64,000 nucleotides of DNA from Leclercia sp. (GCA_049284415.1 JBAPXW010000027.1:157363-221362); one strand, 5' to 3'; shown: positions 36,750-47,708, counted from the first letter of the stretch. The notes: generated by a model not told the origin, from the sequence alone. Program-made: numbers and translations.

Positions 36750-37370
36750 CTACTGGCGCTGAATGTTCTTCAGCGTCAGATACCCGCTCCAGATGCGCGT
36801 TGCGGTGGTCAGCCAGCACAGCGCGCCAAATACCCACGCCAGTAACGCAAACTGTGCCGGGAACAGGCAGCACAGCGCAAACATCAGCAGCGTTTCCGTC
36901 CCTTCCGTCAGCCCGCCCAGATAATAAAACGACTTATGGGCATAGCCTGGATTGTCGATATCGTGCTTTGCTGCCAGCGCCGCAAAGGCCAGAAAACTGC
37001 TGCCGGTGCCGATAAACGCAAACAGCAGCCAGGCCGCCGGGAGCGCGTTGTTGATGGGATCGGCCAGCGCAAAACCAAACGGCACCAGGGCATAAAACAA
37101 AAAGTCGAGGGCGATATCGAGAAAGCCCCCGGCATCGGTTAACCCGCGCCGCCGCGCCAGCGCCCCGTCCAGTCCGTCCAGCAGGCGGTTCAGCAGGACA
37201 GCCACCAGCGCCGGGAAATACCAGCCCAGCGCGAGGAACGGCAGCGCCAGCACCCCGATCGCAAAGCCAATCAGCGTGATCCCGTCGGGAGTAATACCGG
37301 GTTTATCGAGTCTCGCCACCAGCTGGTTAAGCAGCGGCTTAAGACGCGGATGAAGGTGACGATCAAGCAT
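36750..37370 (-). CDS. ynjF: CDP-alcohol phosphatidyltransferase family protein YnjF
   Basis: ORF trimmed to MLDRHLHPRLKPLLN... (206 aa) with the motif DGLDGALAR...D...D. Confidence 0.9.
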   Translation of the reverse strand: MLDRHLHPRLKPLLNQLVARLDKPGITPDGITLIGFAIGVLALPFLALGWYFPALVAVLLNRLLDGLDGALARRRGLTDAGGFLDIALDFLFYALVPFGFALADPINNALPAAWLLFAFIGTGSSFLAFAALAAKHDIDNPGYAHKSFYYLGGLTEGTETLLMFALCCLFPAQFALLAWVFGALCWLTTATRIWSGYLTLKNIQRQ

Positions 37371-37935
37371 CGCGGTTTTCTCCCGGGAGGGAACACAGCC
37401 CCTGAGCAGGGATATCCAGCGCCGCATTGAAGCGTGCCGACAGATTCTGAAATGCGATAAGCGCCGTCATCTCGGTAATGGCGTTGTCACCAAAGTGGCG
37501 GCCCAGCTGGGCTTTGATCGCGTCGTCCACTCCCGGTGGCGTGGCGGTGACCGCCTCGGCGTAGGCCAGTGCGGCGCGTTCTTCTTCGCTAAACAGCGGA
37601 CTGTCGCGCCAGCGTTGTACCGCCTGCACTTTATCCAGCGCCCCACAGCGTTCCGCCAGCCGCAGGGAATTGGCATCGATACAAAACGCGCAGTGGCACA
37701 CCTGCGAGATGCGGGTCATCAGCAGGGCGCGCAGCACCGGGTTGAGAGGCGATTTTCGGCGTTCAAGAAAGCCAACGAACAGCGCCACCAGCCAGAACAG
37801 CCGGGGCATTCTTCCCCACCAGCGCAGCGGATTGAGCACCGCGCCGTAATGTTTTTTCTGCATCCTGGCAATCGGCGTTAAACTGGCGGGTATCGATTCG
37901 ATGGGTTTAACCCAGGCTGGGGGCGTTTCGTTCAC
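37363..37935 (-). CDS. carboxymuconolactone decarboxylase / AhpD-like family protein (YnjA-like)
   Basis: CxxC core CHCAFC in a CMD-type domain. The likely start is the GTG at 37935, with GAGGA 4 nt upstream (190 aa). The track start at 37989 is a TTG. The stop overlaps the ynjF ATG by 8 nt. Confidence 0.75.
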   Translation of the reverse strand: MNETPPAWVKPIESIPASLTPIARMQKKHYGAVLNPLRWWGRMPRLFWLVALFVGFLERRKSPLNPVLRALLMTRISQVCHCAFCIDANSLRLAERCGALDKVQAVQRWRDSPLFSEEERAALAYAEAVTATPPGVDDAIKAQLGRHFGDNAITEMTALIAFQNLSARFNAALDIPAQGLCSLPGENRDA

Positions 37936-38004
37936 AGGATCCTCACGGGTATCGGTTAAGTCCGCAAATATTATCTCTTTTTCTGACAACCATTATTGAT
38001 GACC

Positions 38005-38490
38005 ATGCTAAAAACACTCGATGTTGTCTGCGCTATTCTCGAACGGGATGGCAAAATTTTACTGGCGCAGCGCCCGGCGCATGCCGACCAGCCGGGGATG
38101 TGGGAGTTTGCCGGCGGCAAAGTCGAAAGCGGCGAAACCCAGCCCGCGGCGCTTCACCGCGAGCTGCGTGAGGAGCTGGGCATCGAGGCGCAGCCGACCC
38201 GCTACATCGCCAGCCATCAGCGCGAAGTCTCCCAACGTCTGATCCACCTTCACGCCTGGCACGTGGCGCATTTTGTCGGTACGCCGGTGGCGCATTACCA
38301 CAGCCAGCTGGTGTGGTGTACGCCGCAGGAGGCCTTCGGCTACGATTTAGCCCCGGCGGATATCCCCGCTGCTGGAAGCCTTTATTCTCTTACCCGCCGC
38401 CACACCAGCGGATTCGTGCTGATCGCCTGCGGATCGCGCTGGCACTGCAACATCACGCCATCGGCTTTCACCACCGCCCCTTCTGAATAG
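38005..38490 (+). CDS. nudG: Nudix (CTP/8-oxo-dGTP) pyrophosphohydrolase NudG, C-terminus apparently frameshifted
   Basis: Nudix box GGKVESGETQPAALHRELREELGI. After ...APADIP the conserved tail (PLLEAFILLPAATPADSC*) is found in the +1 frame and ends at 38422. As read, the ORF runs to 38490, antisense into ynjH. Confidence 0.8.
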   Translation: MLKTLDVVCAILERDGKILLAQRPAHADQPGMWEFAGGKVESGETQPAALHRELREELGIEAQPTRYIASHQREVSQRLIHLHAWHVAHFVGTPVAHYHSQLVWCTPQEAFGYDLAPADIPAAGSLYSLTRRHTSGFVLIACGSRWHCNITPSAFTTAPSE

Positions 38491-38657
38491 TTCTGATCCT
38501 GATAGATGCAGCACTGATTACAGGGCTGCGCACGCTGACCGCCGGAGCTAAAGACCTCTGGCGGCACGCTGACATCCACGTTCGAGCCAAACCGCTGCTC
38601 GGCCTGACTGCCCGCAGCGAAAAGCCCAAGTACAACAATCATCACCAAACGGTTCAT
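38382..38657 (-). CDS. ynjH: DUF1496 secreted protein YnjH
   Basis: 91 aa with a signal peptide and conserved Cys pattern CNQCC...C. Confidence 0.88.
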   Translation of the reverse strand: MNRLVMIVVLGLFAAGSQAEQRFGSNVDVSVPPEVFSSGGQRAQPCNQCCIYQDQNYSEGAVVKADGVMLQCQRDPQAISTNPLVWRRVRE

Positions 38658-38893
38658 CGACGCCTCTTCCTGTTGTGTCCTGATAATGACTATAACGGTA
38701 AAAATCCCGCGAAGCTTTAATCCTGTCCGTCATCGTTTTTTGTTATGACCCGGCGCGTTTAATGAATTTATCTGGACGCCGAAATTTTGCTTGCGCCACA
38801 AAGCGCAACGGGTGGTATAGTCGAAAAACACAACATCACGCACATTTTTGTTACAAATAAAATAATCCCAATATATTAGAGGAACTTATAGTT

Positions 38894-40237
38894 ATGGACC
38901 AGGCTTACTCTCTTGAATCCTTCCTGAACCGCGTTCAACAGCGTGACCCACATCAGAGCGAATTTGCTCAGGCAGTACGGGAAGTTATGACCACCTTGTG
39001 GCCATTCCTGGAACAAAACCCCCGCTACCGTCAGATGTCGCTGCTTGAGCGCCTGGTTGAACCCGAGCGCGTGATTCAGTTCCGCGTGGTGTGGGTCGAT
39101 GACCGCAATCAGGTGCAGGTTAACCGTGCCTGGCGTGTGCAGTTCAACTCCGCTATCGGCCCGTTCAAAGGCGGCATGCGCTTCCACCCGTCGGTAAACC
39201 TGTCGATCCTCAAGTTCCTGGGCTTTGAGCAGACCTTTAAAAACGCGCTGACCACCCTGCCTATGGGCGGCGGCAAAGGCGGCAGCGATTTTGATCCGAA
39301 AGGCAAAAGCGAAGGCGAAGTGATGCGCTTCTGCCAGTCGCTGATGACCGAACTGTACCGTCACCTGGGCGCAGATACTGACGTACCGGCCGGAGATATC
39401 GGCGTGGGCGGGCGCGAAGTGGGCTTTATGGCCGGGATGATGAAAAAACTCTCCAACAACAGCGCCTGCGTCTTTACCGGGAAAGGCCTCTCCTTCGGCG
39501 GCAGCCTGATCCGTCCGGAAGCCACCGGCTACGGCCTGGTCTATTTCACCGAAGCGATGCTCAAGCGTCACGGCCTGAGCTTTGAAGGGATGCGCGTGGC
39601 AGTGTCTGGCTCCGGCAACGTGGCCCAGTACGCCATCGAAAAAGCAATGCAGTTTGGCGCGCGTGTTATCACCGCGTCTGACTCCAGCGGCACCGTGGTC
39701 GATGAAGCGGGCTTCACCGCTGAAAAACTGGCGCGTCTGTGCGAAATCAAAGCCAGCCGCGACGGTCGCGTGGCGGACTACGCCCGTGAGTTCGGCCTGA
39801 CCTATCTGGAAGGCAAACAGCCGTGGTCTGTGCCGGTCGATATCGCACTGCCGTGCGCTACTCAGAACGAACTGGACGTGGATGCGGCGCACCAGCTGAT
39901 CGCTAACGGCGTGAAAGCGGTTGCCGAAGGTGCCAACATGCCGACCACCATCGAAGCCACCGACCTGTTCCTGCAGGCGGGCGTGCTGTTCGCACCGGGT
40001 AAAGCGGCTAACGCTGGCGGTGTGGCCACCTCCGGTCTGGAAATGGCGCAGAACGCCGCGCGTATGGGCTGGAAGGCAGAGAAAGTGGATGCGCGTCTGC
40101 ACCACATCATGCTGGATATTCACCATGCCTGCGTCGAGTACGGCGGGGAAGACAAGCAAACCAACTACGTGCGCGGGGCGAACATTGCCGGGTTTGTGAA
40201 GGTGGCAGATGCGATGATGGGTCAGGGTGTGATCTGA
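38894..40237 (+). CDS. gdhA: NADP-specific glutamate dehydrogenase
   Basis: 447 aa, ...LPMGGGKGGSDFDPKGKS.... Confidence 0.98.
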   Translation: MDQAYSLESFLNRVQQRDPHQSEFAQAVREVMTTLWPFLEQNPRYRQMSLLERLVEPERVIQFRVVWVDDRNQVQVNRAWRVQFNSAIGPFKGGMRFHPSVNLSILKFLGFEQTFKNALTTLPMGGGKGGSDFDPKGKSEGEVMRFCQSLMTELYRHLGADTDVPAGDIGVGGREVGFMAGMMKKLSNNSACVFTGKGLSFGGSLIRPEATGYGLVYFTEAMLKRHGLSFEGMRVAVSGSGNVAQYAIEKAMQFGARVITASDSSGTVVDEAGFTAEKLARLCEIKASRDGRVADYAREFGLTYLEGKQPWSVPVDIALPCATQNELDVDAAHQLIANGVKAVAEGANMPTTIEATDLFLQAGVLFAPGKAANAGGVATSGLEMAQNAARMGWKAEKVDARLHHIMLDIHHACVEYGGEDKQTNYVRGANIAGFVKVADAMMGQGVI

Positions 40238-40247
40238 TTCTGCGGCT

Positions 40248-40326
40248 GTGCCGGGCGGCGCTGCGCTTGCCCGGCCTACGGTTCGTGCTTTTGTAGGCCG
40301 GGCAAGGCATCGCCGCCGCCCGGCAC
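40248..40326. repeat. inverted pair of REP elements (BIME-like) between gdhA and topB
   Basis: GTGCCGGGCGGCGCTGCGCTTGCCCGGCCTAC (40248..40279) and the inverted copy GTAGGCCGGGCAAGGCATCGCCGCCGCCCGGCAC (40293..40326), followed by T6. Confidence 0.75.
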
Positions 40327-40330
40327 TTTT

Positions 40331-42238
40331 TTACGCCGCACTCTTCTTCTTAAACTTTTTCTTCTTGTCGCCGCCGCCCGGCGCGACGATACCGCGAAAA
40401 TCCCTCACCGGCGTAGTGCGTGCCTGGTTAATCAGATCGAATAGCGTCCCCACCAGCGGCTGCATAAAGTCCTGGTAGCGGCACTGTTTTTCGCTGATCT
40501 GGGTCAGGGTCGACTCCCAGTGCGCAGTCATGTCCGGCCTGGCGGCCATCTCAGGGAGGGAGTGGATCAGCGCCCTTCCGGCATCCGACGAGAGGATAGA
40601 CCGCCCCTTCTTATGCAGAAAACCGCGCTTGAACAACAGTTCGATGATCCCGGCGCGGGTGGCCTCGGTTCCAAGACCGTCGGTAGCGCGCAGGATTTTT
40701 TTCAGCTCTTTATCCTGCACGAAGCGGGCGATCCCGGTCATCGCCGACAGCAGCGTAGCGTCGGTAAAGTGGCGCGGCGGCTGGGTCTGACGCTCGACCA
40801 CTTCACCCTTCTCGCACAGCAGTTGATCCTCTTTTTTCACGACCGGTAGCGGCGTGCCGTCGTTCTCTTCATCACGCTCTTTATTGCCCAGCAGCGTGCG
40901 CCAACCCGCCTCCGCGAGGAAGCGCGCTTTAGCCACAAACTTGCCTTTAGCGATCTCCAGCTCAATGACGCACTTGCGGAACAGCGCGTCCGGGCAGAAC
41001 TGCATCAGATACTGACGTGCGACGAGGTGATACACCTTCGCTTCGTTGTCGGTCAGGTTGACGGAACTGCTGCGCGCCGTCGGGATGATGGCGTGGTGGG
41101 CATCCACCTTCTTATCGTCCCAGCAGCGGTTGCGGATATCCGGATTTACCACCGGCTGCGGCACCAGATCCGGCGCATGGGCGGCAATGGCGTTCAGCAC
41201 CGCGTGACGACCGGCAAAATGCTCTTCCGGCAGATAACGGCTGTCGGAACGCGGGTAGGTGATAAGCTTGTGGGTTTCATACAGCTTCTGGCAGATATCC
41301 AGCACGTTCTGCGCGCTCATGCCGTAGCGTTTCGCTGCCTCGATCTGCAGCGAAGACAGGGAGAACGGCAGCGGCGCAGGTTCTGATTCCCGTTTATCGT
41401 TATAGCTGGTGACGATGGCTGGCTGGCCGTCAATGCGCTTAACGACGTGCTCGGCCAGCGTTCGATTGAGTAAACGGCCCTCTTCGTCCTGATAGGGTTC
41501 ACAGGCGTCGCTCGGCTGCCAGATAGCCGTGAAGCGTTCGTCCTTCGGGGTGACGATGTGGGCTTTGACCTCGAAGAAGTCTTTGGCGACAAAGTTCTCG
41601 ATCTCTTCGTCGCGGCGCACCACCAGACCCAGCACCGGGGTCTGCACGCGTCCGACGGAGAGTACGCCCTGATAACCCGCGTTACGCCCAAGAATGGTAT
41701 AGGCGCGGGTCATGTTGATGCCGTACAGCCAGTCGGCGCGAGCGCGGGCCAGCGCTGAGACGCACAGCGGGACAAACTCGCTGTTCGAGCGTAAGCGCGA
41801 TATAGCGCGTTCGACCGCCTGCGGGTTGAGATCGTTAATCAGGCAGCGCTGCACCAGCTTGCGTTTTTCGGGCGCCAGGCTCAGGTAATCGAGCACCTCA
41901 TCCACCAGCAGCTGCCCTTCCCTGTCCGGGTCACCGGCGTGGATCACTTCGGCGGCATCGTGCAGCAGACGCTTAATCACGTTCAGCTGTTTGGTCACCG
42001 ACGGACGCGGCTGGAGCTGCCATTTTTCCGGCACGATCGGCAGATCGTTCAGATTCCAGCGCGCGTAGCGGCTGTCGTAAGCATCCGGCTGGGCCTGCTC
42101 TAACAGGTGGCCGATGCACCAGGTGACCACCTGTCCGTTGCCACATTCGATATAGCCATCGCCTTTGCGGTGCGGTTTAGGCAGCACGTCGGCGATGGCG
42201 CGAGCGAGGCTCGGTTTTTCGGCAATAAATAACCGCAT
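40331..42238 (-). CDS. topB: DNA topoisomerase III
   Basis: ORF trimmed to [28 protein letters not shown]... (635 aa). The basic C-terminal tail is shorter than in recalled E. coli TopB. Confidence 0.96.
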   Translation of the reverse strand: MRLFIAEKPSLARAIADVLPKPHRKGDGYIECGNGQVVTWCIGHLLEQAQPDAYDSRYARWNLNDLPIVPEKWQLQPRPSVTKQLNVIKRLLHDAAEVIHAGDPDREGQLLVDEVLDYLSLAPEKRKLVQRCLINDLNPQAVERAISRLRSNSEFVPLCVSALARARADWLYGINMTRAYTILGRNAGYQGVLSVGRVQTPVLGLVVRRDEEIENFVAKDFFEVKAHIVTPKDERFTAIWQPSDACEPYQDEEGRLLNRTLAEHVVKRIDGQPAIVTSYNDKRESEPAPLPFSLSSLQIEAAKRYGMSAQNVLDICQKLYETHKLITYPRSDSRYLPEEHFAGRHAVLNAIAAHAPDLVPQPVVNPDIRNRCWDDKKVDAHHAIIPTARSSSVNLTDNEAKVYHLVARQYLMQFCPDALFRKCVIELEIAKGKFVAKARFLAEAGWRTLLGNKERDEENDGTPLPVVKKEDQLLCEKGEVVERQTQPPRHFTDATLLSAMTGIARFVQDKELKKILRATDGLGTEATRAGIIELLFKRGFLHKKGRSILSSDAGRALIHSLPEMAARPDMTAHWESTLTQISEKQCRYQDFMQPLVGTLFDLINQARTTPVRDFRGIVAPGGGDKKKKFKKKSAA

Positions 42239-42242
42239 TGAA

Positions 42243-43292
42243 TTAACGGATCTCAATCATCGGACGACCACCGCGGGCGGTCACCAGCTCGCCAATGGCG
42301 GTCAGGGTGATGCCAAACTCGGCGGCGGTGGCCTGGGCTTCGGCTTCAGCTTCCGGCGTCACCGCCAGCAGCAGGCCGCCGGAAGTTTGCGGATCGCAGA
42401 GCAGATCGCGCCACTCGGTTGGCATGTCGCCCATCAGGTGGCCGTAGCTGGCAAAGTTACGCTGTGTACCGCCCGGGACCGCGCCTTGGGCAATATAGGC
42501 TTCGACGCCCGGCAGCTTCGGCACATCCTGATACCAGACCTGCGCCTGCACGCCCGCGCCCTGGCACACTTCGCTGAGGTGTCCCAGCAGGCCAAAGCCC
42601 GTGACATCGGTCATCGCCTTCACGCCATCAATGTTGGCAAACGCCGCTCCCGCCAGGTTCATCTGGCACATCACCTCTGTCGCCAGCCCAACGTGCTCCG
42701 GCTGCAGCAGCGATTTTTTCTCGGCGGTGGTGAGCACGCCAATGCCCAGCGGCTTGGTGAGGAACAGCTTGCAGCCCGCCTCGGCGGTACTGTTGCGTTT
42801 AACGCGCTCGGTCGGCACCACGCCGGTGACCGCGAGGCCAAAGATCGGTTCCGGGGCATCAATCGAGTGCCCACCCGCCAGAGCGATTCCCGCCTGCTGG
42901 CAGGCAAAACGTCCGCCTTCAATCACCTCACGGGCGATCTCCGGCGCGAGGGTGTTAATCGGCCAGCCGAGGATCGCAATTGCCATGATCGGCTTGCCGC
43001 CCATCGCAAAGATGTCGCTGATGGCGTTGGTGGCAGCAATACGGCCAAAATCATACGGATTGTCGACAATCGGCATGAAGAAATCAGTGGTGCTGATAAC
43101 GCTGGTGCCGTTACCTAAATCGTACACCGCAGCGTCGTCGCGCGTTTCGTTGCCAACAAGCAGGTTCGGGTCGACAAACTTCGCCTGCTCGCTGTGCAGA
43201 ATGGTTTCGAGCACTTTGGGGGAAATTTTACAACCGCAACCGGCTCCGTGGCTGTATTGCGTTAAACGAATGGTTTGCTCGCTCATAGACAA
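42243..43292 (-). CDS. selD: selenide, water dikinase
   Basis: 349 aa, ...[19 protein letters not shown].... The stop lies 4 nt before the topB ATG. Confidence 0.97.
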   Translation of the reverse strand: MSMSEQTIRLTQYSHGAGCGCKISPKVLETILHSEQAKFVDPNLLVGNETRDDAAVYDLGNGTSVISTTDFFMPIVDNPYDFGRIAATNAISDIFAMGGKPIMAIAILGWPINTLAPEIAREVIEGGRFACQQAGIALAGGHSIDAPEPIFGLAVTGVVPTERVKRNSTAEAGCKLFLTKPLGIGVLTTAEKKSLLQPEHVGLATEVMCQMNLAGAAFANIDGVKAMTDVTGFGLLGHLSEVCQGAGVQAQVWYQDVPKLPGVEAYIAQGAVPGGTQRNFASYGHLMGDMPTEWRDLLCDPQTSGGLLLAVTPEAEAEAQATAAEFGITLTAIGELVTARGGRPMIEIR

Positions 43293-43404
43293 TCTCCTTT
43301 TATAGCAATGACGTTATGTTAACGCTCATTCCATTACGTGGTAAGTATGACTGTCTGAATTCTGCGGTACTTGCTCAGGATCCAGACAGTTTTGCGACGT
43401 CACA

Positions 43405-43959
43405 TCAGAAATGGGTAACGAAAGGCGAGGTATCAGGCACGGAGACGGTGGTCGAGGCTTTCAGCTGCGGAGTACCAAGATAAAGGAAACCGACGATTTT
43501 ATCGTCTGCACCACAGTGAAGGCCCTCGCGGACAATCGGGCTGTCGGTTAAGGCACCGCTGCGCCAGATGCCGTTAAAGCCCTGCGCGACGGCAGCCATC
43601 TGCATTGCCATCACCGCACAGCCTGCGGACATCTCCTGCTCCCACACCGGCACCTTATGCTGCGGCTGGCATTTGGCCACCACGGCGATAATCATCGGCG
43701 CACGGAACGGTGCACTGCGCGCTTTTTCAATCGCTTTCTCATCCTGCGGATCGGCGGCTGTGGCCCCTTTTTGCAGCAGGGCGCTGAAACGCTCGCGGCC
43801 TTCGCCTTCAATAACAAAGAAGTGCCATGGCTGTAGCGTGCCATGATCGGGGGCACGCATCCCGGCGCGCAGGATATTGTCCAGCTGTTCGCCCGCCGGT
43901 GCGGGCTCCGCCAGACGCGACGCGCTACGGCGGTTAACAAGCAGTTCGAGTGCATCCAT
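43405..43959 (-). CDS. ydjA: nitroreductase-family protein YdjA
   Basis: 184 aa, [19 protein letters not shown].... Confidence 0.93.
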   Translation of the reverse strand: MDALELLVNRRSASRLAEPAPAGEQLDNILRAGMRAPDHGTLQPWHFFVIEGEGRERFSALLQKGATAADPQDEKAIEKARSAPFRAPMIIAVVAKCQPQHKVPVWEQEMSAGCAVMAMQMAAVAQGFNGIWRSGALTDSPIVREGLHCGADDKIVGFLYLGTPQLKASTTVSVPDTSPFVTHF

Positions 43960-44124
43960 GGGTTAGCTCCTGTCTTAAAATTTACCCGAAATTAACACGG
44001 CCGCAGATTTTGTTACAGCGTAGCGGGCGATTCCTGCTGACAAGTGGCGGTTGGGTCATTACGATAGCCCGACAATACCGTCCCATGGCGACGGGTAAGG
44101 TCATAACCTGGACAGGGAGAATAC

Positions 44125-45981
44125 ATGCGAACCCTTTGGCGATTTATTGCCGGCTTTTTTAAATGGACGTGGCGACTACTGAATTTCGTCCGTAATCTGG
44201 TGATGAACCTCTTCTTCATCCTGTTAGTGATGGTGTGCGTGGGCGTCTGGATGCAGCTCAGCAGCGGCAGTTCGTCGCAGCACGCCGGGCGCGGAGCGCT
44301 GCTGCTGGATATCGCCGGGGTGGTGGTAGATAAACCCTCGACCAGCAACCGGATCGGCGTGATTGGCCGTCAGCTGTTTGGCGCGGGCGGCGATCGTCTG
44401 CAGGAAAACTCCCTGTTCGATATCGTCGATGCGATTCGTCAGGCGAAAGATGATCGCAACATTACCGGCATCGTGCTCGACCTGAAGAACTTCGCCGGAG
44501 CCGATCAGCCGTCCATGCAGTATATCGGCAAGGCGCTGCGCGAATTCCGCGACAGCGGCAAACCGGTGATTGCGGTGGGCGACAACTACAGCCAAGGGCA
44601 ATATTATCTGGCGAGCTTTGCCAATAAAGTGTGGCTCTCGCCGCAGGGCACCGTCGATCTGCACGGTTTCGCCACCAATGGCCTTTACTACAAATCCCTG
44701 CTCGACAAGCTGAAAGTGACCACCCACGTATTCCGCGTCGGGACCTACAAGTCAGCGGTTGAGCCGTTTATCCGCGACGATATGTCCCCTGCCGCCCGCG
44801 AAGCGGACAGCCGCTGGATTGGCGAGCTGTGGCAGAACTATCTCGGTACCGTAGCCGCGAACCGTCAGATCACTCCCGCTCAGGTCTTCCCTGGCGCGCA
44901 GGCGATGCTCGACGGGCTGCGTAAAGCCGATGGCGATACCGCGAAGTATGCCCTCGATAACAAACTGGTGGATGCCCTGGGCTCCAGCGCCGAGATTGAA
45001 AAATCCCTGACCAAGGCGTTCGGCTGGAGCAAAGAGGATAAAAACTACAGCGCGATTAGCTTCTACGACTATCAGGCGAAAAAACCGTCCGACATCGGTG
45101 ACAGCATCGCCGTGGTGTTCGCCAACGGGGCGATCATGGATGGCAAAGAGACGCCGGGTAACGTCGGGGGTGATACCACTGCCGCGCAGATCCGCGACGC
45201 GCGCCTCGATCCGAAAGTGAAAGCGATTGTACTGCGGGTGAACAGCCCAGGCGGCAGCGTCAGCGCATCGGAAGTGATCCGCGCTGAACTGTCAGCCGCC
45301 CGCGCGGCAGGCAAACCGGTGGTGGTTTCTATGGGCGGGATGGCGGCCTCCGGCGGTTACTGGATCTCGACCCCGGCGAACTACATCGTGGCGAACCCGA
45401 GCACCCTGACCGGCTCCATCGGCATCTTTGGGGTGATTAATACCCTGGAAAACAGCCTCGATTATCTGGGCGTGCATACCGACGGGGTGGCGACGTCGCC
45501 GCTGGCGGATATCGCCGTCACCAAAGCGTTACCGCCGGAAGTGTCGCAGATGATGCAGCTCAGCATCGAAAACGGCTACAAGCGCTTTATCACCCTGGTT
45601 GCCGATTCGCGGAAGAAAACGCCGGAGCAGATCGATGAGATTGCGCAGGGCCACGTCTGGACGGGCCAGGATGCGAAGAACAACGGTCTGGTAGATAACC
45701 TGGGCGATTTCGATGACGCCGTGGCGAAAGCCGCCGAGCTGGCCAAACTGAAGCAGTGGCATATCGACTTCTACCAGGACGAGCCATCGTTCGTGGATAT
45801 GCTGATGAACAACTTCTCCGGCTCCGTGCGCGCCATGCTGCCAGAAGCCATTCAGGCGTACCTGCCAGCCCCGGTGGCGGTGGCCGCAAAAGCGGTGAAG
45901 GCCGAAGGCGATAAGCTGGCCGCGTTTAACGATCCGCAAAACCGCTACGCGTTCTGCCTCACCTGCGCAAACGTCCGTTAA
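44125..45981 (+). CDS. sppA: signal peptide peptidase A (protease IV)
   Basis: 618 aa with tandem S49 domains. Confidence 0.96.
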   Translation: MRTLWRFIAGFFKWTWRLLNFVRNLVMNLFFILLVMVCVGVWMQLSSGSSSQHAGRGALLLDIAGVVVDKPSTSNRIGVIGRQLFGAGGDRLQENSLFDIVDAIRQAKDDRNITGIVLDLKNFAGADQPSMQYIGKALREFRDSGKPVIAVGDNYSQGQYYLASFANKVWLSPQGTVDLHGFATNGLYYKSLLDKLKVTTHVFRVGTYKSAVEPFIRDDMSPAAREADSRWIGELWQNYLGTVAANRQITPAQVFPGAQAMLDGLRKADGDTAKYALDNKLVDALGSSAEIEKSLTKAFGWSKEDKNYSAISFYDYQAKKPSDIGDSIAVVFANGAIMDGKETPGNVGGDTTAAQIRDARLDPKVKAIVLRVNSPGGSVSASEVIRAELSAARAAGKPVVVSMGGMAASGGYWISTPANYIVANPSTLTGSIGIFGVINTLENSLDYLGVHTDGVATSPLADIAVTKALPPEVSQMMQLSIENGYKRFITLVADSRKKTPEQIDEIAQGHVWTGQDAKNNGLVDNLGDFDDAVAKAAELAKLKQWHIDFYQDEPSFVDMLMNNFSGSVRAMLPEAIQAYLPAPVAVAAKAVKAEGDKLAAFNDPQNRYAFCLTCANVR

Positions 45982-45988
45982 TCCCCAT

Positions 45989-46019
45989 CCCCTCTTCCGT
46001 GAAGAGGGGATTTTTTTTT
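45989..46019 (+). terminator. sppA intrinsic terminator
   Basis: CCCCTCTTC-cgt-GAAGAGGGG followed by a T9 run. Confidence 0.88.
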
Positions 46020-46040
46020 GAAGCCCAAGAACATTACATC

Positions 46041-47057
46041 ATGCAGAAGAAATCAATTTATGTGGCCTATACCGGCGGTACGATCGGTATGCAGCGTTCT
46101 GAAAATGGCTATATTCCGGTCTCCGGCCACCTGCAGCGCCAGCTGGCGTTGATGCCCGAATTCCATCGCCAGGAGATGCCGGACTTTACCATCCATGAAT
46201 ATGCCCCGCTGATGGACTCGTCCGATATGACGCCGGAAGACTGGCTGCATATTGCCGAGGATATTCAGGCCCATTACAACGACTATGATGGCTTTGTGAT
46301 CCTGCATGGCACCGACACCATGGCGTTTACCGCCTCGGCGCTCTCCTTCATGCTGGAAAATCTCGGTAAACCGGTGATTGTTACCGGATCGCAGATCCCG
46401 CTGGCAGAGCTGCGTTCCGACGGGCAGATTAACCTGCTGAATTCGCTGTACGTGGCGGCGAACTACCCGATTAACGAAGTTAGCCTGTTCTTCAATAACC
46501 GCCTGTATCGCGGGAATCGTACCACCAAAGCCCATGCCGACGGCTTTGACGCATTTGCCTCGCCGAACCTGGCCCCGCTGCTGGAAGCCGGGATCCACAT
46601 CCGCCGCCTCGGTACGCCACCCGCTCCCCACACCGCTGGTGAGCTGGTGGTTCATCCGATCACCCCCCAACCGATTGGCGTGGTGACCATTTATCCCGGG
46701 ATCTCCGCCGACGTGGTGCGAAACTTCCTGCGCCAGCCGGTCAAAGCGCTGATCCTGCGCTCATACGGCGTGGGCAATGCGCCACAGAACGGTGAGTTCC
46801 TGAAAGAGCTGCAGGAGGCGAGCAGCCGCGGGATCGTGGTGGTGAACCTGACCCAGTGCATGTCCGGCAAAGTGAACATGGGCGGCTACGCCACCGGTAA
46901 CGCGCTGGCGCACGCCGGGGTAATCAGTGGCTTCGATATGACGGTAGAGGCCACGCTGACTAAACTTCACTACTTACTCAGTCAGGATCTGGATGTGCAG
47001 TCGATCCGCACAGCGATGATGCAAAACCTGCGCGGCGAACTGACGCCAGACGAATAA
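46041..47057 (+). CDS. ansA: cytoplasmic L-asparaginase I
   Basis: ORF trimmed to MQKKSIYVAYTGGTIGM... (338 aa). Confidence 0.96.
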   Translation: MQKKSIYVAYTGGTIGMQRSENGYIPVSGHLQRQLALMPEFHRQEMPDFTIHEYAPLMDSSDMTPEDWLHIAEDIQAHYNDYDGFVILHGTDTMAFTASALSFMLENLGKPVIVTGSQIPLAELRSDGQINLLNSLYVAANYPINEVSLFFNNRLYRGNRTTKAHADGFDAFASPNLAPLLEAGIHIRRLGTPPAPHTAGELVVHPITPQPIGVVTIYPGISADVVRNFLRQPVKALILRSYGVGNAPQNGEFLKELQEASSRGIVVVNLTQCMSGKVNMGGYATGNALAHAGVISGFDMTVEATLTKLHYLLSQDLDVQSIRTAMMQNLRGELTPDE

Positions 47058-47066
47058 GGAGGCAGC

Positions 47067-47708
47067 ATGAAACAACGGGCTCTGTTACTGGTCGATCTGC
47101 AGAACGATTTTTGCGCCGGCGGCGCGCTGGCGGTGGCCGAAGGCGACAGTACCGTCGACGTGGCGAATACCTTGATTGCGTGGTGTAAAGCGCGCGGCGA
47201 GGCGGTGGTCGCCAGCCAGGACTGGCATCCGGCGGATCACGGCAGCTTTGCCAGTCAGCATAACGTCGAGCCATTCACCCAGGGCGAGCTGGATGGTTTG
47301 CCGCAAACCTTCTGGCCCGATCACTGCGTGCAGCACAGCGAAGGCGCCGAGCTGCATCCACTGCTGGATAGCCTTGCCCTGGATGCAGTCTTTCAGAAGG
47401 GTGAAAACCCGGACATCGACAGCTATAGCGCCTTTTTTGATAACGGCCACCGGCAGAAAACGGGGCTGGATCAGTGGCTGCGCCATCACGAAATCGAAAC
47501 GCTTATCGTGATGGGTCTGGCGACCGATTACTGCGTGAAGTTTACCGTGCTGGACGCGTTAAAGCTGGGCTATACGGTCAATGTCATCACCGACGGGTGT
47601 CGTGGCGTGAATATTCAGCCGAAGGATAGCAACCACGCGTTTATGGAGATGGCGGCAGAAGGCGCGACCCTGTATACGCTGGCAGACTGGCTGGAAACGC
47701 AGGCCTAG
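47067..47708 (+). CDS. pncA: nicotinamidase/pyrazinamidase
   Basis: 213 aa, isochorismatase fold, ...LLVDLQNDFC.... Confidence 0.95.
   Translation: MKQRALLLVDLQNDFCAGGALAVAEGDSTVDVANTLIAWCKARGEAVVASQDWHPADHGSFASQHNVEPFTQGELDGLPQTFWPDHCVQHSEGAELHPLLDSLALDAVFQKGENPDIDSYSAFFDNGHRQKTGLDQWLRHHEIETLIVMGLATDYCVKFTVLDALKLGYTVNVITDGCRGVNIQPKDSNHAFMEMAAEGATLYTLADWLETQA

Noticed and set aside
37936-37989. TTG-initiated 18-codon extension of the CMD-family ORF, which would leave under 20 bp between it and divergent nudG
   Set aside because: The TTG has no SD, whereas the GTG at 37935 has GAGGA 4 nt upstream. The extension would leave no room for divergent promoters. It is kept only as an alternative start.
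38876-40159. 427-aa ORF antisense to gdhA
   Set aside because: A shadow ORF of the highly conserved gdhA. Its composition (H/R/G/A-rich) and lack of start context argue against coding.
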